From Nitrospirota bacterium (GTDB taxonomy: Bacteria; Nitrospirota; Nitrospiria; Nitrospirales; Nitrospiraceae), in assembly GCA_963701855.1 (NCBI GenBank), contig CAVPBK010000006.1:416001-480000 (forward strand): DNA of 64,000 bases. The letters are read 5' to 3'. The first letter of the stretch is position 1. Every line of letters begins with the position of its first letter. The notes below the pieces were generated by a model. It saw only the letters and a program-made list of their open reading frames with translations, did not search any database and was not told the DNA's origin. Below are positions 1 to 9,058 of the stretch, piece by piece. The position numbers were made by a program, and so were the translations under genes.

Positions 1-348
1 GTGGCCCTCGCCACTGCACCCGCAGTCGCGTTGGGAGTGGTTCGAGCCCACCGCAAAAAGGAGGGTGCTGGAGTTCAACATAAAGAGCCGATCGACATGG
101 ATTTTTTGAAGGCCCAGCTGCGACAGGGCGCGAGCGAGAAGGTAATGGCCACCCCCACCGAACTGAAAATTGTCCTGAACGGATTCTTCGAAAAGCACAA
201 TCTGTCTCCGCCGTTCGAATCGGAGCAGCAGATGGCGAAAATTCTCGCCCCGCTGGGCCTGCAGTCGAAGGTCCGATCGATGCCAGGGCGATCAGAGCGC
301 CGGTGGTATGACCTGGCTGAAATGGGGGCCCATGAAACTCCAGCGTAG
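1..348 (+). CDS. Partial (5'-truncated) mobile-element protein; C-terminus resembles winged-helix tails of replication/primase-associated (DUF3631-like) proteins
   Basis: Open from the window edge; ends ...MAKILAPLGLQSKVRSMPGRSERRWYDL; overlaps the start of the methyltransferase gene. Confidence 0.35.
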   Translation: MALATAPAVALGVVRAHRKKEGAGVQHKEPIDMDFLKAQLRQGASEKVMATPTELKIVLNGFFEKHNLSPPFESEQQMAKILAPLGLQSKVRSMPGRSERRWYDLAEMGAHETPA

Positions 349-1144
349 TGAGCGTCAACAAGAACACGACGCTCGACAGCGGCTAATACGAGAAGCCCTT
401 GGTTTCGTGCGATCGGGTCAGTCTGTTGCAGAGGTGGCGCAGAAGACAGGTCTGCATCGCTTGGCCATTGAGCGAGGACTACGAGAAGGCTTCGATCGGC
501 AACATGTGATCCGCCAGCATCTCCAATCACGCGCCGGACTGACCTCACTCTTGCGCTATCCCGATCGGGGGCCCTGGGGACAAAGCGGGTACCTGGGCAA
601 TTGCCCTGGTTTTCTGATCGTGGATCTCCTCGACTACCTCAACCCAGCCTCGGTGTTCGATCCCATGGAAGGGTCTGGCACAACCGGCCAGGTCTGCGCG
701 GATCTGAACGTGACCTATGAGGGCCGCGACTTGCGAGCGGGATTTGATCTACTGTCAGGACCACTCCCCGATCGATTGTTCGATATGGTGTTCTGGCATC
801 CGCCTTATTGGCCTGGATTTCGCTATAGCGAACACCCGAACGACTTGTCGACCGCCCGGACGATTACAGACTACCTCGATCGCTTCCAGGCAGGCTTCCA
901 GCGACTAGCGGGACTGCTCACGCCGACCGGGAGGCTGGTGATCCTGATCGGCGATGGACGGAAGAGCGGGATCTTTTACTCGATTCATAGTGAAGTGATT
1001 CGATGGGAAGTGCTCCCCCTGGAAGCCATTCTGATCAAAGAAGGTGATCACGCCCGCCGTGCCCGACACTTTCGCTATGGTCCAACCCGCTTTATCCCCA
1101 CCCTGCATGAATATGTACTGATATTCAAACGAGGTGCCCCATGA
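332..1144 (+). CDS. Orphan amino-DNA methyltransferase (N6-A/N4-C type) with N-terminal HTH
   Basis: SAM-binding motif I VFDPMEGSGTT, catalytic motif IV-like HPPY, YPDRGPWG..YLGNC segment; N-terminal SVAEVAQKTGLHRLAIER HTH; ATG at 332 is more likely than 308. Confidence 0.75.
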   Translation: MKLQRSERQQEHDARQRLIREALGFVRSGQSVAEVAQKTGLHRLAIERGLREGFDRQHVIRQHLQSRAGLTSLLRYPDRGPWGQSGYLGNCPGFLIVDLLDYLNPASVFDPMEGSGTTGQVCADLNVTYEGRDLRAGFDLLSGPLPDRLFDMVFWHPPYWPGFRYSEHPNDLSTARTITDYLDRFQAGFQRLAGLLTPTGRLVILIGDGRKSGIFYSIHSEVIRWEVLPLEAILIKEGDHARRARHFRYGPTRFIPTLHEYVLIFKRGAP

Positions 1145-1239
1145 ACATAGCCCTCTATGCCCGTGTGAGTACTGATGGGCAAGATCCTGAATCAACAATT
1201 CGACGCCGGTTGAAAGAGGCTCAGCATGACGCAGCCTAG
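1141..1239 (+). pseudogene. Serine recombinase (resolvase/invertase) N-terminal stub, 32 aa
   Basis: Manual translation MNIALYARVSTDGQDPE...; YARVS catalytic motif; ATGA overlap with the upstream stop. Confidence 0.7.
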
Positions 1240-1426
1240 TGTGATCGAACCGCGCTTACTGTCTCAACAAGAGGCCGCCCACTACCTCGGGATTTCGTAT
1301 TGGACCGTTCGAGACCTGGTGTTCCGACGAGAAATCCCGTTCATCAAAATTGGACGCCGAATCCTGGTAGACCGTCTAGACCTCGACGCCTACCTTGACC
1401 GGTCAAAAATCCACCCAGGCGCTTGA
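1226..1426 (+). CDS. Excisionase-like HTH DNA-binding protein
   Basis: LLSQQEAAHYLGISYWTVRDLVFRREIPFIKIGRRILV; directly upstream of the integrase. Confidence 0.85.
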   Translation: MTQPSVIEPRLLSQQEAAHYLGISYWTVRDLVFRREIPFIKIGRRILVDRLDLDAYLDRSKIHPGA

Positions 1427-1468
1427 CTATTGGACCCCTGCGGAGCGATCGATCAGGGGAGGTAGGGT

Positions 1469-2518
1469 ATGGGACGAATCTATCAACGCGGGAACATGTG
1501 GTGGATTCAGTACTACGGACAGGGCCAACTGTTCCGCGAGAGTTCCCACTCTAACCTTAAGTCCGCAGCAACTTCGCTCCTGAAACTGAGAGAGGGAGAG
1601 ATCGGACAGGGCCGAATCCCGGCACTAAGGGCTGAACGGACGACCTTTGAAGAATTGGCTGGACTGTTTCTCCAGGATTATCAAATTAATGGGCGGAAAA
1701 CCCTTCGGCGTGCCAAAGAATTGGCCGCTCGCTTGCGCGAAACGTTTGGCAAATTCAGGGCCTGCCGAATCACTTCTAAACATATTCTCGACTATATCGC
1801 CCGCCGCCAGTCGGAGGGTCTAACCAACGGCACGATCAACAGGGAACTCGCGGCCCTCAAGCGGATGTATCGGCTTGCCAGCCAACAAACCCCTCCGTTA
1901 GTGGCCACCACGCCTCATATACCCCATCTACAGGAAAACAATGTGCGCCAAGGATTCTTTACAGAGGACGAGTACAAAGTCCTGCGAGGTGCCCTTCCTG
2001 ATCACATGAAGGTTCCGCTGATCATCGCCTACTGGACTGGGATGCGGGCGGGTGAAATCCTCAAGTTGAATTGGGATCAACTAGACCTGGAACGGGGTCT
2101 GCTTCGGTTGGAACCAGGGACGACAAAAAACAATCAAGGCAGGTTTGTTCCCCTGGTCAAAGAAGTAATCGAGGCATTATGGCAATGGAAGCGGGCAATG
2201 TTGCAGCGGTACCCCACTTGTGTCTGGGTGTGTTATCACCGGGGAGAACGTCTTCGACAAATTCCTAGGAAGCGATGGAGGAAATCCTGCGAACGTGTCG
2301 GGCTCAAAGGGAAGCTGTTTCACGACCTGCGCAGGACAGCGGTGCGAAATATGTTGCGGGCAGGCATTCCTGAGCGCGTCGCCATGGAAATTTCTGGGCA
2401 CCGAACCCGATCTGTGTTTGACCGGTACAATGTTGTTTCTGGTTCGGATTTGTTAGAGGCACGCACTAAGCTTGAAACAGATCAATCCGTGCCTACTTCA
2501 GGGCCTGTTCTTTTGTGA
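1469..2518 (+). CDS. Tyrosine recombinase/integrase
   Basis: TGMRAGE, FHDLRRT, ISGHRT, RY catalytic residues; N-terminal arm-binding-like domain. Confidence 0.93.
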   Translation: MGRIYQRGNMWWIQYYGQGQLFRESSHSNLKSAATSLLKLREGEIGQGRIPALRAERTTFEELAGLFLQDYQINGRKTLRRAKELAARLRETFGKFRACRITSKHILDYIARRQSEGLTNGTINRELAALKRMYRLASQQTPPLVATTPHIPHLQENNVRQGFFTEDEYKVLRGALPDHMKVPLIIAYWTGMRAGEILKLNWDQLDLERGLLRLEPGTTKNNQGRFVPLVKEVIEALWQWKRAMLQRYPTCVWVCYHRGERLRQIPRKRWRKSCERVGLKGKLFHDLRRTAVRNMLRAGIPERVAMEISGHRTRSVFDRYNVVSGSDLLEARTKLETDQSVPTSGPVLL

Positions 2519-2710
2519 TGTATAGAGTAGATCCTTCAGTTCAACCTTAAGTTCTCTGGTCTTACGTAAAACCGATGCAACGTCACTTTTGCTGCACCAT
2601 TTCTCGGAAACCTTCGAATTTATTTTGTCTTCAACTGAAGAGGCGTCTTTAATCCATCTATTAACAATTTTATTCCATCCTGCTATCCATTTTGTGTCCG
2701 GTTTCGCCAT
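2498..2710 (-). CDS. Small hypothetical protein
   Basis: 70-aa ORF with a GAGGAGG RBS upstream. Confidence 0.5.
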   Translation of the reverse strand: MAKPDTKWIAGWNKIVNRWIKDASSVEDKINSKVSEKWCSKSDVASVLRKTRELKVELKDLLYTSQKNRP

Positions 2711-2744
2711 TTGCCGTGCCTCCTCATGAATTAGTAGTTAGGTG

Positions 2745-2977
2745 CTAAAATTCTTCAGCTCTGACCCTCACCCTGTTTGTCCCAACTTCAAAGACAGTAT
2801 CTCCTTTTTTGAATTGTTCGAGTTCCAATCCTCTAACCAAATAAGACCTGGGTTCTTGCATCCTTTTCGGCCACAGACCACCCCTGTTGCTGGGTAGCCG
2901 AATGGTTTGATGGAATGTACGTAATGCCGTTTGATTTCTTTAGGCGGGCTATGCTCGCTACATCTTACAATTACCAT
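2745..2977 (-). pseudogene. Small Cys/His-containing hypothetical protein with an apparent 1-nt frameshift
   Basis: MVIVRCSEH...CGRKGC; adding one G near 2825 gives ...DWELEQFKKGDTVFEVGTNRVRVRAEEF*; GGAG RBS. Confidence 0.45.
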
Positions 2978-3072
2978 TCAGCTATCTCTTCTCCCTTTAG
3001 AAAGATGAGCACAATCCCGAGCACAGTGAGGGGGAAGATGGATAGCCATGAAGAGCTAACCTGTTGGGAAAA

Positions 3073-3117
3073 TGGAGCCGGCGATCCGGATTGAACGGAC
3101 GACCTGCGGTTTACGAA
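3073..3117 (-). repeat. att site: exact 45-bp duplicate of the tRNA-Thr 3' half
   Basis: tggagccggcgatccggattgaacggacgacctgcggtttacgaa is identical to 17787-17831. Confidence 0.95.
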
Positions 3118-3248
3118 TGGAAGCAAGACGATTTTGAAAAGGCTCGGTGTTTCAAATCGTTTCCCCGTTTTTCTCTTTATATCGAGCTCTTAGGTGGTTT
3201 TCATTGCCTCCACTGATTCCGATGGGTCTTGGCCTTTAGGGAATTTTA

Positions 3249-3267
3249 TAGCACAAATCTAGCACAA
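3249..3267 (+). promoter_or_regulatory. Putative integrase arm-type binding site (TAGCACAA x2)
   Basis: tagcacaaatctagcacaa is 18/19 identical to 17724-17742 at the other island end. Confidence 0.7.
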
Positions 3268-3553
3268 GCTCCGCCTGGTGCTTCGACTTTGATCGTGCAC
3301 CTCGACCAGAACACATCTGAGCACTAGCGTTGCAGGGTTTGGAGAGCATGCGAGAAAGAGGCCTGCTGATTATGGTTTAAGGATCGGCTCGTTGACGGCC
3401 TGCGGGAGCCACCCGATGGCCGCGGCCCGGACAGCTTCATACGCATGTTAGGTCGCTCGCTTGGGCGAGTCAGATTCCTAAGTTTCTCATCTCGGAAGCG
3501 TAGGAGAAATTAATTCTGACCCCTCGTGTGGGCGCTTCCGTTTTCGCGAGGCG

Positions 3554-3931
3554 TCATTGCTGCGCAAGAGACATTAGTCTTTGAATTGTCGACACAGTTG
3601 AGGGGGCATTAAAGATTTTACCGAGCGATGCGGTCAGCTCGTTTTCGTCATTAGCTACTATGTCTTTCATCTTGTCGGCGACGACTCTGACGGGGTAGCC
3701 AGATTCAACTAGAAATTCGGCTCGCATGAAAGGAAAGTGATAGGACAACTTTCGAGAATAGAGGCTAAATTGAACCTTGACTTCATTTTCCTGGATCGAG
3801 GTACTCATCGTCCAAAACTTGACCATGCCATCGGTTTTTTCCTCGAGACCCCGACCAGCTTCTTCAATTACGGCTTTCGGGGAGCGAGGCACTTGCCCGA
3901 TGTTAAAATCTGGCCAAAGATTTTCAGACAT
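3554..3931 (-). CDS. Hypothetical protein translationally coupled to the EEP nuclease
   Basis: MSENLWPDFNIG...; ATG at 3931 overlaps the EEP stop by 8 nt; AAGGAG RBS. Confidence 0.7.
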   Translation of the reverse strand: MSENLWPDFNIGQVPRSPKAVIEEAGRGLEEKTDGMVKFWTMSTSIQENEVKVQFSLYSRKLSYHFPFMRAEFLVESGYPVRVVADKMKDIVANDENELTASLGKIFNAPSTVSTIQRLMSLAQQ

Positions 3932-4796
3932 GTTTGACTCCTTTATCGTTATTAGCAAACAGATCCATCCCAAACACTACTGGCAAATGGTCTGAAAATC
4001 GTGTGCGATCTGGGGTGCCTCTTGCGCCGGTTAGATCGCTGTTTCGTACTACGGTCACAATATCCAGGGCACTAAAGTCGAACCTGTCCAGCAATGACGG
4101 ACGGATCAGTACCTGATCCAACATATGCCAATACAACTCGTGAGGATCAGACCCTCGGTAGTAGTAAGTTGCCGGCGCAGAATTGAGAGGTTCATCGCCA
4201 TACAAGTTCCACATCGGGTTGTAAAAGTAGGGGTAGCTCTGCTTGAGCAGACGACGCGGAATACTTTGAGCAATGGCTCGGGAGATCACTGCGTTCATGC
4301 CAAGAGCACTTGCCACAGGCGATTCGAAAGGATTCGCATTGAAGTCGCCGAGCACGATACTGCGATCGTGCCCGACCTTGTTCTCGAAGTGTGAGAGCGC
4401 AGCCACGACCTGCTGTAAAAAGAGTTCCTGTTTTGCTGATGAATTGTTTCGCTTGTCAAGACCGTGAACCACACTTAGGAGGACATCCTCTTGAAGAGGC
4501 AGTTTGAGGTGCCAGATGTCGAACCGGTCACTAGGGACAGGCAGTGGTAAACGCTGCATGAGCTTTGGATCAAATCTCGCAAGGACCTTGAATCGCTCTC
4601 CGCAGGAGATCGGATAGTACTCCGGCCCTCTTTCGAACGCTGCGATCAGGGAGTCGCAAGGTATTCCGCACTCAATCAAAAAGAGCACGTCCAGCGATCG
4701 CTCAATAGCCAGTTCCGCTGCAAATCGGGGAAGCTCTCGTTCATCCGTCTGCTGATTGCGAAGCGAATCAACGTTCCAAAACCCGAAGGTAGCCAT
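3924..4796 (-). CDS. Endonuclease/exonuclease/phosphatase (EEP) family protein
   Basis: FWNV, LFLIE, LGDFNANP, LDQV and SDHLP motifs. Confidence 0.88.
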   Translation of the reverse strand: MATFGFWNVDSLRNQQTDERELPRFAAELAIERSLDVLFLIECGIPCDSLIAAFERGPEYYPISCGERFKVLARFDPKLMQRLPLPVPSDRFDIWHLKLPLQEDVLLSVVHGLDKRNNSSAKQELFLQQVVAALSHFENKVGHDRSIVLGDFNANPFESPVASALGMNAVISRAIAQSIPRRLLKQSYPYFYNPMWNLYGDEPLNSAPATYYYRGSDPHELYWHMLDQVLIRPSLLDRFDFSALDIVTVVRNSDLTGARGTPDRTRFSDHLPVVFGMDLFANNDKGVKHV

Positions 4797-5126
4797 CCGT
4801 ACGTCTCATCGGTAGTTCAAACTGCGCTAGATATGAGGAAATTAATATCCTCGGGCCAGCTAGACTTCTTAGATCCCTAACCATGGAGTGCGCGGACCGC
4901 GCATGGCACACCAAGACAAACTGCAAACTGGTGCGTGATTGTCGCGTTCCTTCAACTACTTGTCAACGTATGCTAGCGCGCAGGGTCTCCGTACTATACG
5001 GACCGGCATAGCGCCATTAAAGCTGCGAGGAGTTGAAACCGTGGATCAGCGCATCTTCGGGGAGCTCGACAGCGTTATTGTTGTGGGTCCATGCGTGTCG
5101 AGATCCCTCTTCTCGGTCACCGAAGC

Positions 5127-6881
5127 TTACTTGACCGACTGAACCAGCGCCGGCAGTTTCACCACCACGGTTTGCAATCTGCTATAGGCCGCCACCAGGG
5201 TGTTTCGACGCACGGTCACATAGGTTTGCCCCAGAGGGGATTCAAGAAATTCAATGTACCGCTGCAAGTCTTGATCGCTCGCAGCGCGATAGATGAAGGC
5301 CTGTTTCCGAAAGAGTTGCGCCCTGAGGAACTGTTCGATCATGGGGGAAAGCTTAGAATCGGATCGCGGAGCCTGCTCTTTCCCTGTGAAGATCGGTGCA
5401 AGAAACTTGGTCCTCTCGGTGGTATCTTCAATTGCCAACTCGGACGTGTGCGTGGCCTTGTCGAGGCGCGGAATCAAGTCGAGTAGAAGTCCCTGTTTAG
5501 GTACTTGATACGTATTGAAGCCACTATAGTCGAAGGGTTGTGCCGCCAAGGTAAGCATACGTTGGGCGAGTGGAGTCCGAAGCCATTCCAGGAGATGTTC
5601 GAGCGTCTCGGGCCGCTGTGTGCGCAGATAATCTTGCATCAGCGGCACCGTTGATTCGGGACTAAGCGCCTCTTCCATCTCCCGATTCAACGCAAGGGCT
5701 TTTGTATCCGCTTCAGATCCCGTGGGAGTGGTCTTGGTGGCCTGCTGTTTAGTCATCTGCTCCGAGGATTGCGACACTTCTTGACGGAGATAGGATCGTT
5801 CCAGGAATTCGTCGATTAGCGATTTTTGAGATGGCGTCTCACTGGTGACTGCAACCACTAGATCCCGGTTCATGATTTGATTAAAGCGCTTTAGTGTAGC
5901 GGATCGAGTCGAGTCCCATTCCCCTTGTGGCATTACAGTCCCGGCTGGCTGATCATAGATCCCAGTCTCTCGACAAGCCCACCCTGGGTAAGGCGTCTTG
6001 GATTTGCGACCGTAGATTCCAGCATAGAAGGCTAGGCCTTTGTGCACCGCACTCGTAAAGCTGTGACCAAAATCGGCCGAACTCTTCCAGTTCGTTCGAA
6101 GAGGCCACGCTTTCATATATTGTTGCAGCATCGAGACCCGAAGCCGATTAACTGCCGGCTCAGTACACAAACACCCGTCGAGCACCGTCCCGACATAGGC
6201 AATCCCAAAGACTTGCATCGATTTTTCTGGATCTTTCGATTGAAATGCGAGTTCATAGATCAACGGCACATGGGCTTCCTTCATTTTCTCTCCCCACCAC
6301 GGTTGAAGCCATGCCACGGTTTGGGCATCATGAGGGGTATGCAAAAAGGCGATGACGGTATCATACCGTTGAGAAGCGACTAATGAATCGAGGTCTGCAC
6401 GAGTGAGCACTTCCTGGCCTGGTTTTGCGTTTGCGGTTAGACTTTTACCCTTGAGTTCCTGATAGGCTGCTTTTTCGTATTCTGTCAGATGGCGCTGTTC
6501 TTTCATCAGCAGCGAATCCATCAGGAAACCCATCTTCACGAACTCGTACACCATATCTTTGTTCACATAGAATAATCGAATGCCTTCCTTCTTGTCCTGC
6601 GTATCAAACTCATAGATCAATTCCGGTATTCCATAGAAAGCCACGAATTGCTTTAGCATAGGGTAGACACCCTGATTGTAGTCTAAGCGTTTGTAACCAA
6701 AACTCTCGTTCGTCTGGTCGACCGACAAGAATCGGCCCACCGCCTCATGACGAGTGGCGCCATACATCCAGGCAGAGCAGCTTGCCAGTATGGGAATGAG
6801 GCAACTCAATGTAGCAATCAACACTGTTCTATTCTTCAACGTGAATCGTATTCCTAGATTGATCCGAGTTATGCACTGCAT
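5127..6881 (-). CDS. Multidomain hypothetical lipoprotein; C-terminal helical region is DUF2059-like
   Basis: Lipobox-like ILAS-C; C-terminal DLQRYIEFLESPLGQ; start uncertain. Confidence 0.55.
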   Translation of the reverse strand: MQCITRINLGIRFTLKNRTVLIATLSCLIPILASCSAWMYGATRHEAVGRFLSVDQTNESFGYKRLDYNQGVYPMLKQFVAFYGIPELIYEFDTQDKKEGIRLFYVNKDMVYEFVKMGFLMDSLLMKEQRHLTEYEKAAYQELKGKSLTANAKPGQEVLTRADLDSLVASQRYDTVIAFLHTPHDAQTVAWLQPWWGEKMKEAHVPLIYELAFQSKDPEKSMQVFGIAYVGTVLDGCLCTEPAVNRLRVSMLQQYMKAWPLRTNWKSSADFGHSFTSAVHKGLAFYAGIYGRKSKTPYPGWACRETGIYDQPAGTVMPQGEWDSTRSATLKRFNQIMNRDLVVAVTSETPSQKSLIDEFLERSYLRQEVSQSSEQMTKQQATKTTPTGSEADTKALALNREMEEALSPESTVPLMQDYLRTQRPETLEHLLEWLRTPLAQRMLTLAAQPFDYSGFNTYQVPKQGLLLDLIPRLDKATHTSELAIEDTTERTKFLAPIFTGKEQAPRSDSKLSPMIEQFLRAQLFRKQAFIYRAASDQDLQRYIEFLESPLGQTYVTVRRNTLVAAYSRLQTVVVKLPALVQSVK

Positions 6882-6944
6882 AATTATGTTCCTCTGTAGT
6901 GTCAGAAAACGCCTGCTCTGGACGTGATTAGAACCTCTAGAGGT

Positions 6945-6978
6945 TATGGCAAAGGTTGCTTTGGAAAGTATAGCAGGC
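6945..6978 (-). promoter_or_regulatory. Duplicated promoter/operator element, copy 1
   Basis: 32/34 identical to 8136-8169; on the minus strand an extended -10 TGCTATACT is followed by a CAAAG-N-CTTTG dyad. Confidence 0.6.
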
Positions 6979-7092
6979 GAAACTTTGGAGGCTTTTAAGC
7001 CAGGAGAAGGTCCGCGATTTATGCTTTCACCGTTGCTCCCGTAACCGGCTCCGACCTGTTTAATAGGCGGGGCAGGTCAGTTTCCTGTTCAG

Positions 7093-7902
7093 TCAATTGG
7101 GCGCGTCTTGAGCACAACGAAAACCATTGATCGCATTAGGGTGCGATGGTATGTCCGCATACCGGTGTGCAGATCGTAGATCCGACGGATCGATGTACCA
7201 CGAACCCCCACGGAGCACTTTATACGGGTGTATGGCCATTTCCTTACTGGGTGGACCCTTTGGATTCTGCTCTGGGTTGACGCTGTAATTGCCATGCCAG
7301 TCCGCCACCCATTCCCATACGTTGCCAGCCATATCATAAATTCCGTATGGGCTCTTACCGTTTCCATAGCTTCCAACTGGTTTCAACCGATCGGCATAGG
7401 GGTTGATGTTGGGCGTAGGATACTGGCCGTAATTCGCCCGATCAGACGACGGTGCTTCGTTACCCCAGGGATATTCTCGCCTGTCGGTTCCTCGTGCCGC
7501 TTTTTCCCACTCTGCTTCGGTCGGCAGTCGTTTCTCAGCCCATTGGCAATAAGCAACCGCGTCGTGCCAAGTCACGCCGATCACTGGCCGATCCCCCTGG
7601 CTGGCCAGAGCGGTTTGGAATCCATACAACGTCGGTTGGTATCGCCCGGTCGCGTTCAGAAACTTGGCGTAAAGAGTTACCGTTACCTCGTACTGGTCCA
7701 TGTAGAATGCATCCACGTAGACACGATGGACTGGCTTCTCCTCGGAATGCCCTGTATTGCTGCCCATCGTAAATTCGCCTGCTGGCACCAGCATCATTGG
7801 TGCGCCATCCTTGCCGATAATCTCGCGCTTCATTTGCGACGGTACGGATGCGCAAGAAACAAGGATAGCTAGTAATGGTAGGACTGCCAGCATAGCTTTC
7901 AT
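7093..7902 (-). CDS. Formylglycine-generating enzyme family (FGE-sulfatase/SUMF1 domain) lipoprotein
   Basis: F.MGS, P.H.V, RLPTEAEWEKAARG, DMAGNVWEW, RGGSW, GFRC; lipobox LVS-C. Confidence 0.9.
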   Translation of the reverse strand: MKAMLAVLPLLAILVSCASVPSQMKREIIGKDGAPMMLVPAGEFTMGSNTGHSEEKPVHRVYVDAFYMDQYEVTVTLYAKFLNATGRYQPTLYGFQTALASQGDRPVIGVTWHDAVAYCQWAEKRLPTEAEWEKAARGTDRREYPWGNEAPSSDRANYGQYPTPNINPYADRLKPVGSYGNGKSPYGIYDMAGNVWEWVADWHGNYSVNPEQNPKGPPSKEMAIHPYKVLRGGSWYIDPSDLRSAHRYADIPSHPNAINGFRCAQDAPN

Positions 7903-8135
7903 GCATTCCTCATTCTGAATAATGACTATTGGCTAAAATTAACTCTTGCCGTCTTTCCATTGTTAAGCTGAAATGAACCCAGCTGGATAAACAAGCGTAA
8001 GCGAACTGAACGGCTGGCCTAACACCTGGGGGACTATCATGCCCCTCGGCGGTTTTGGCCATTACAACCATTGGAAGACGAATTCGTTTTCTCTTCGAGT
8101 AAATCCAGCCAATGGGCCTAGAATAGTCTAGGACC

Positions 8136-8169
8136 TATGCCAAAGATTGCTTTGGAAAGTATAGCAGGC
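8136..8169 (-). promoter_or_regulatory. Duplicated promoter/operator element, copy 2
   Basis: tatgccaaagattgctttggaaagtatagcaggc; perfect CCAAAG-N4-CTTTGG dyad. Confidence 0.6.
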
Positions 8170-9058
8170 AGATAAATGGCGCCTAATAAGTAAAGGCGTG
8201 ACGCTGCAGAGCAGGCCGCTCCAAAACATTTGTTTTTGGACCAGTATCAGCATAAGTCAAATTCCTTGAGAGATCGACCAACTTTGGGCTGGTATTTTAG
8301 ATGGGGATTTTGACAGGGGTGTATTTGGGATTTTTGGAAGTTTACACCCCGTGGGATCCCGATGGTGCCGTCATTCGATTGGACCACCTGATAGCCGTCG
8401 GTTGTATACTTCGGCTCAGGGTCGAGAGCTGACACTGACTGCCAGGTCGAGTCTGAACTACCACTAATGATCCTAAAATAGCTCTGCGATACGACCGTTT
8501 TACGACCGCATCGCAGATTTGCAACGCGTCCGATGCCTCTACGACCACTGACGACCCAGAGCGACAGACTACGACGCCGAAGTAATAAAATCAATGGGTT
8601 CAATGTTTCTGTTGCTACTGACTGAGACTGAGCTAGCTTCTGAACCGGGAGCAAAATCGGGAGTGGAACCAGGAGTAAAACCGTGATCAGGGTTTCTTAT
8701 TAGACAGATCTGGGAACACTCCAGTCGATAGGGTAGGCTTACGGATCAGAAGGCCACTATAAATCCCTTGTCGCTTCTTCATCCAAGCGGTCGTATGGCA
8801 GAGCTCCTTGGCGCCCATTCCGTGTCACTCGATCTCACGCCTCTCAGAGCACAAGTCTTCGTACCGTGAAAACCTAGTCCTCTGTCTATCTTCAGAGCCC
8901 TCACCTGGCCACGATTGCCTCACCCTATGGTGGTTTCATCAGAAATTTTACTGTTGCTTATTCAGTCCTTGCCCCATCATTCGCAACCCTCCTACAATGC
9001 GCCTTCTTTCGAGACTTCCAAGCGTTTCTCGATTCGGCCATTCTGTCGCTTGATTGTC

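Noticed and set aside
7093..7902. Diversity-generating retroelement targeting the FGE lipoprotein
   Set aside because: No reverse transcriptase or template repeat is visible in the window
8247..8900. ORFs 8247-8654 and 8342-8548
   Set aside because: No recognisable motifs or RBS; probably decayed non-coding DNA
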